Of a stretch of 36,362 bases of DNA, positions 33,818 through 36,362 are shown piece after piece; position 1 is the stretch's first letter; every line of letters starts with the position of its first letter. The stretch is from Kipferlia bialata (lineage: Eukaryota): NCBI GenBank assembly GCA_003568945.1, contig BDIP01000048.1:1-36362 (forward strand). Reading direction: 5' to 3'. Under the pieces are notes generated by a model. The model made no database searches. It was not told the origin of the DNA and worked only from the letters and a program-made list of their open reading frames with translations. Made by a program: the position numbers and the translations under genes.

Positions 33818-36109
33818 AACCCCAGCACCCCCTTACCCACTGACGGGTCTGATCTGTCCATGACCCTTTTGGCCGGTACATACTCTGTGGTGGTGACAGA
33901 GAGGTCAAGGTCAAACAGTGAGGTACAGTACACAATTATGTGTTGCAATGATATGTGTATATAGACACAATGTAGAGTGTGTATGCCTGTACACTATACT
34001 CAGTGGTGGTGACAGAGAGGTCAAGCTCAAACAGTGAGGTATTTATGTATGTATATAGTAATTAAATTAGTTCATACTATATACTCACTTCCCACTCTCT
34101 CTAATTCTTCTAATTCTTCTAACCCCCCAGATCCTGACTGCCACCATCGACAACCCAGAGACATCCATGATGGACATCACGTGCGTAAGCCCCCTTTTAG
34201 AAACTCAAATTCTTCTCCCTACCCTAGTTTGTACACTCGCTATGTATACGAATACCTCTTTCGGCCCCTATTCTCACCCTAGTATGAGACTGCTTGCCTC
34301 TACAGAGCGTAGAACCGTGGCAGTCTCCCTATCCCAGTCCCTGGATGGATGGACACTCAGGTCTAGTACTGCTGGGACTACTGGTACCTTGCACTCAGTG
34401 GCCCTGGAGGATGGTGAGTATATAGTGTAGTATATCGCATATACACTGTGTCTAGCGTGCAGGTGGTCTCTCTGTCTCTCTTCTCTACGCCCCTTACCTG
34501 TAGGCACCGACAGCTACACCCTGACTATCCCCAGCTGTGTTACTATGGTTATTTTTATAGGGGTATACTTATACTTATGAAATCTTGAGTCTCTTACTTA
34601 CCTGCAGGCACCGACAGCTACACCCTGTCCTTCCCCACCACTGAGTGCACTGTCACACTGGTGTCACCCAGTGGTGTGTACAGCACAGACTACACACTAG
34701 CTGTAGGGGAGACTACTCTTGAGGTATATATGTATATATATGTGTATATATATACGTATATACCCCAGTGGTGTGTACAGCACATACTACACCATTAGTG
34801 TAGGGGAGACTAGCCTTGAGGTATCCATATACACTGAGTACTAGCACAAATAAATATGTGTATATATATGTATATATACACTGGCCGTTGGGGAGAACAC
34901 TCTGGTCTACTATTTAATGCAATTTTATGAGTGTCTCTCCATCTTACTCATCAGATTAGTATTTCCACCCTGACCCTTGCTGCCACTGATACTTTCTACT
35001 AAATAGTGATTTCTTAGAGACTTCTGTTTTTGTTTTGTTTCTAACCCTTCAGATTGACGTCACCACCCTCACCCTTGCTGCCACCGAGGCTGACCTACCC
35101 GTGGCAGTGGCAGTGACATCCAGCGGGGGAGTATCTGTGGAGGTATGTTAATCATAGTGTATTTTTACTATAACACACGCACATAGTACATAATTGTATA
35201 TATATGTTGTGGCAGTGGCAGTGACATCCAGTGGGGGAGTTTCACTGGAGGTATACATATTATGTAAATAGTATCTATGTGTGTTTATGTGTATGTATAT
35301 ATGACCTGTATACGTATATATGACTTACCCGTGTCAGTGGCAGTGACATCCAGTGGGGGAGTGTCAGTGGAGGTATCACAAACATATTTGTATTATTCAT
35401 ATTTGTTGTCTTGGTAGCCTTATCAGTGTGTCTATTGAGGTATTCCAAACACATTACAATACTTAAGATTAGTATATTATTCTTCCTAACCCTAGACCCT
35501 TGTCACAGCGGATGCATCTGCCGTGTCTGTCAGTGTGCCTGTCTCTGACACACTCTACACAGTACAGACAGGGTACATGTCACCTGTGACAGGTTAGTGT
35601 CACACCCAAGTACTGTTGTGTTCATGTATATTGTATATTGTATATTGTATATCAAGGGATCCAGACATCTCATTATATGTCTCACTCTCAAGCTCTGCTG
35701 TCTACATGACCTCCCACATACTCTCTCTCTCCCTCTATCTTCGATATATTTTCTAAATTAGTATATATTATCTCACTCTCAGGCTCTGCCCTGTACATGG
35801 CCTCCCAGGACATGGACACATCAGGGGCAGAGGATACATATGAGACAGGTACTGGATAATGTGTGTTATTGTAGACTGTTGAAATTTATATATATATGTG
35901 GTATGTCGTACATATATATCGATATCTATCCTAACCCTAGACCTGTGCACTGTGTATTCCAGTGTGGACACAGACACAGTATATATATATATGTGCGGAT
36001 ATTATTCATTATTATTATGTATATATGTGTATGTACCTAACCTTCAGACATGTGCACTGTGTATGCCAGTGTGGACACAGACTCAGACACCAACAACATC
36101 ATGGCCCAG
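33497..36109 (+). CDS. Ser/Thr/Val-rich, beta-strand-rich protein fragment, probably extracellular; continues past window end
   Basis: Exons 33497-33579, 33826-33922, 34131-34180, 34283-34413, 34608-34723, 35053-35142, 35496-35592, 35783-35848, 36048-36109 are all phase-compatible: GSYATSQCDLYVRQ...LSMTLLAGTYSVVVTE...GTDSYTLSFPTTECTVTLVSPSGVYSTDYTLAVGETTLEIDVTTLTL... Confidence 0.8.
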
Positions 36110-36309
36110 GTACATCACGCACTCTTATATTTTTGTTTGTGTATATATCTTTATTTGTATATATATGGTGACTGTATAGGTCTATATATGTATCATATAC
36201 AGGTACCAATGGCATATTGTCCAGTCATGATATAGTATGTACATATTCCCATCTGTTGTAACCTTTTATTAATGACACCTCCTGGTTGGTGTCCCCGTCC
36301 ATTTCCTCA

Positions 36310-36362
<53 letters not shown>

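Larger units (their letters stand above)
31345..35980 (+). repeat. Cluster of more than 20 intronic partial exon copies ('exon echoes') interleaved with microsatellites
   Basis: Examples start at 31345, 31633, 31811, 31874, 31972, 32044, 32131, 32409, 32530, 32860, 33156, 33281, 33418, 33673, 33738, 33997, 34504, 34764, 34881, 34955, 35209, 35328, ~35692 and 35941; each matches the nearest exon end. Confidence 0.92.

Noticed and set aside
1..36362. Transposon, tRNA or rRNA genes
   Set aside because: No transposase or reverse-transcriptase motifs, terminal repeats or structured-RNA signatures seen by eye.

Overview
Eukaryotic, very intron-rich genomic DNA (GT-AG introns, YTAAC/YTGAC-like branch points, (TA)n/(CT)n/(CA)n microsatellites, standard genetic code), so the ORF track is mostly uninformative and genes were rebuilt by hand-splicing. 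Ciliary genes imply a flagellate; the style resembles free-living fornicates such as Kipferlia (unverified inference). Genes, left to right: Cys-type glutathione peroxidase (-), double-SWIM zinc-finger protein (-), DDT/WHIM1 protein (-), tectonic-like protein (+), MYND-finger C-terminus, ZMYND10-like (-), two tandem LRR + DPF-repeat + coiled-coil paralogs (+; the second carries two inactivating lesions), a hypothetical protein (-), a pentapeptide-repeat fragment (+) and a Ser/Thr/Val-rich fragment (+). The most striking feature is 'exon echoes': introns in the AT-rich flanks hold stacked partial copies of the adjacent exon end plus its splice site, and these copies differ from the exon mostly by synonymous substitutions although they look non-coding. 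Several genes end abruptly at simple-repeat tracts, suggesting rearrangement or mis-joins.
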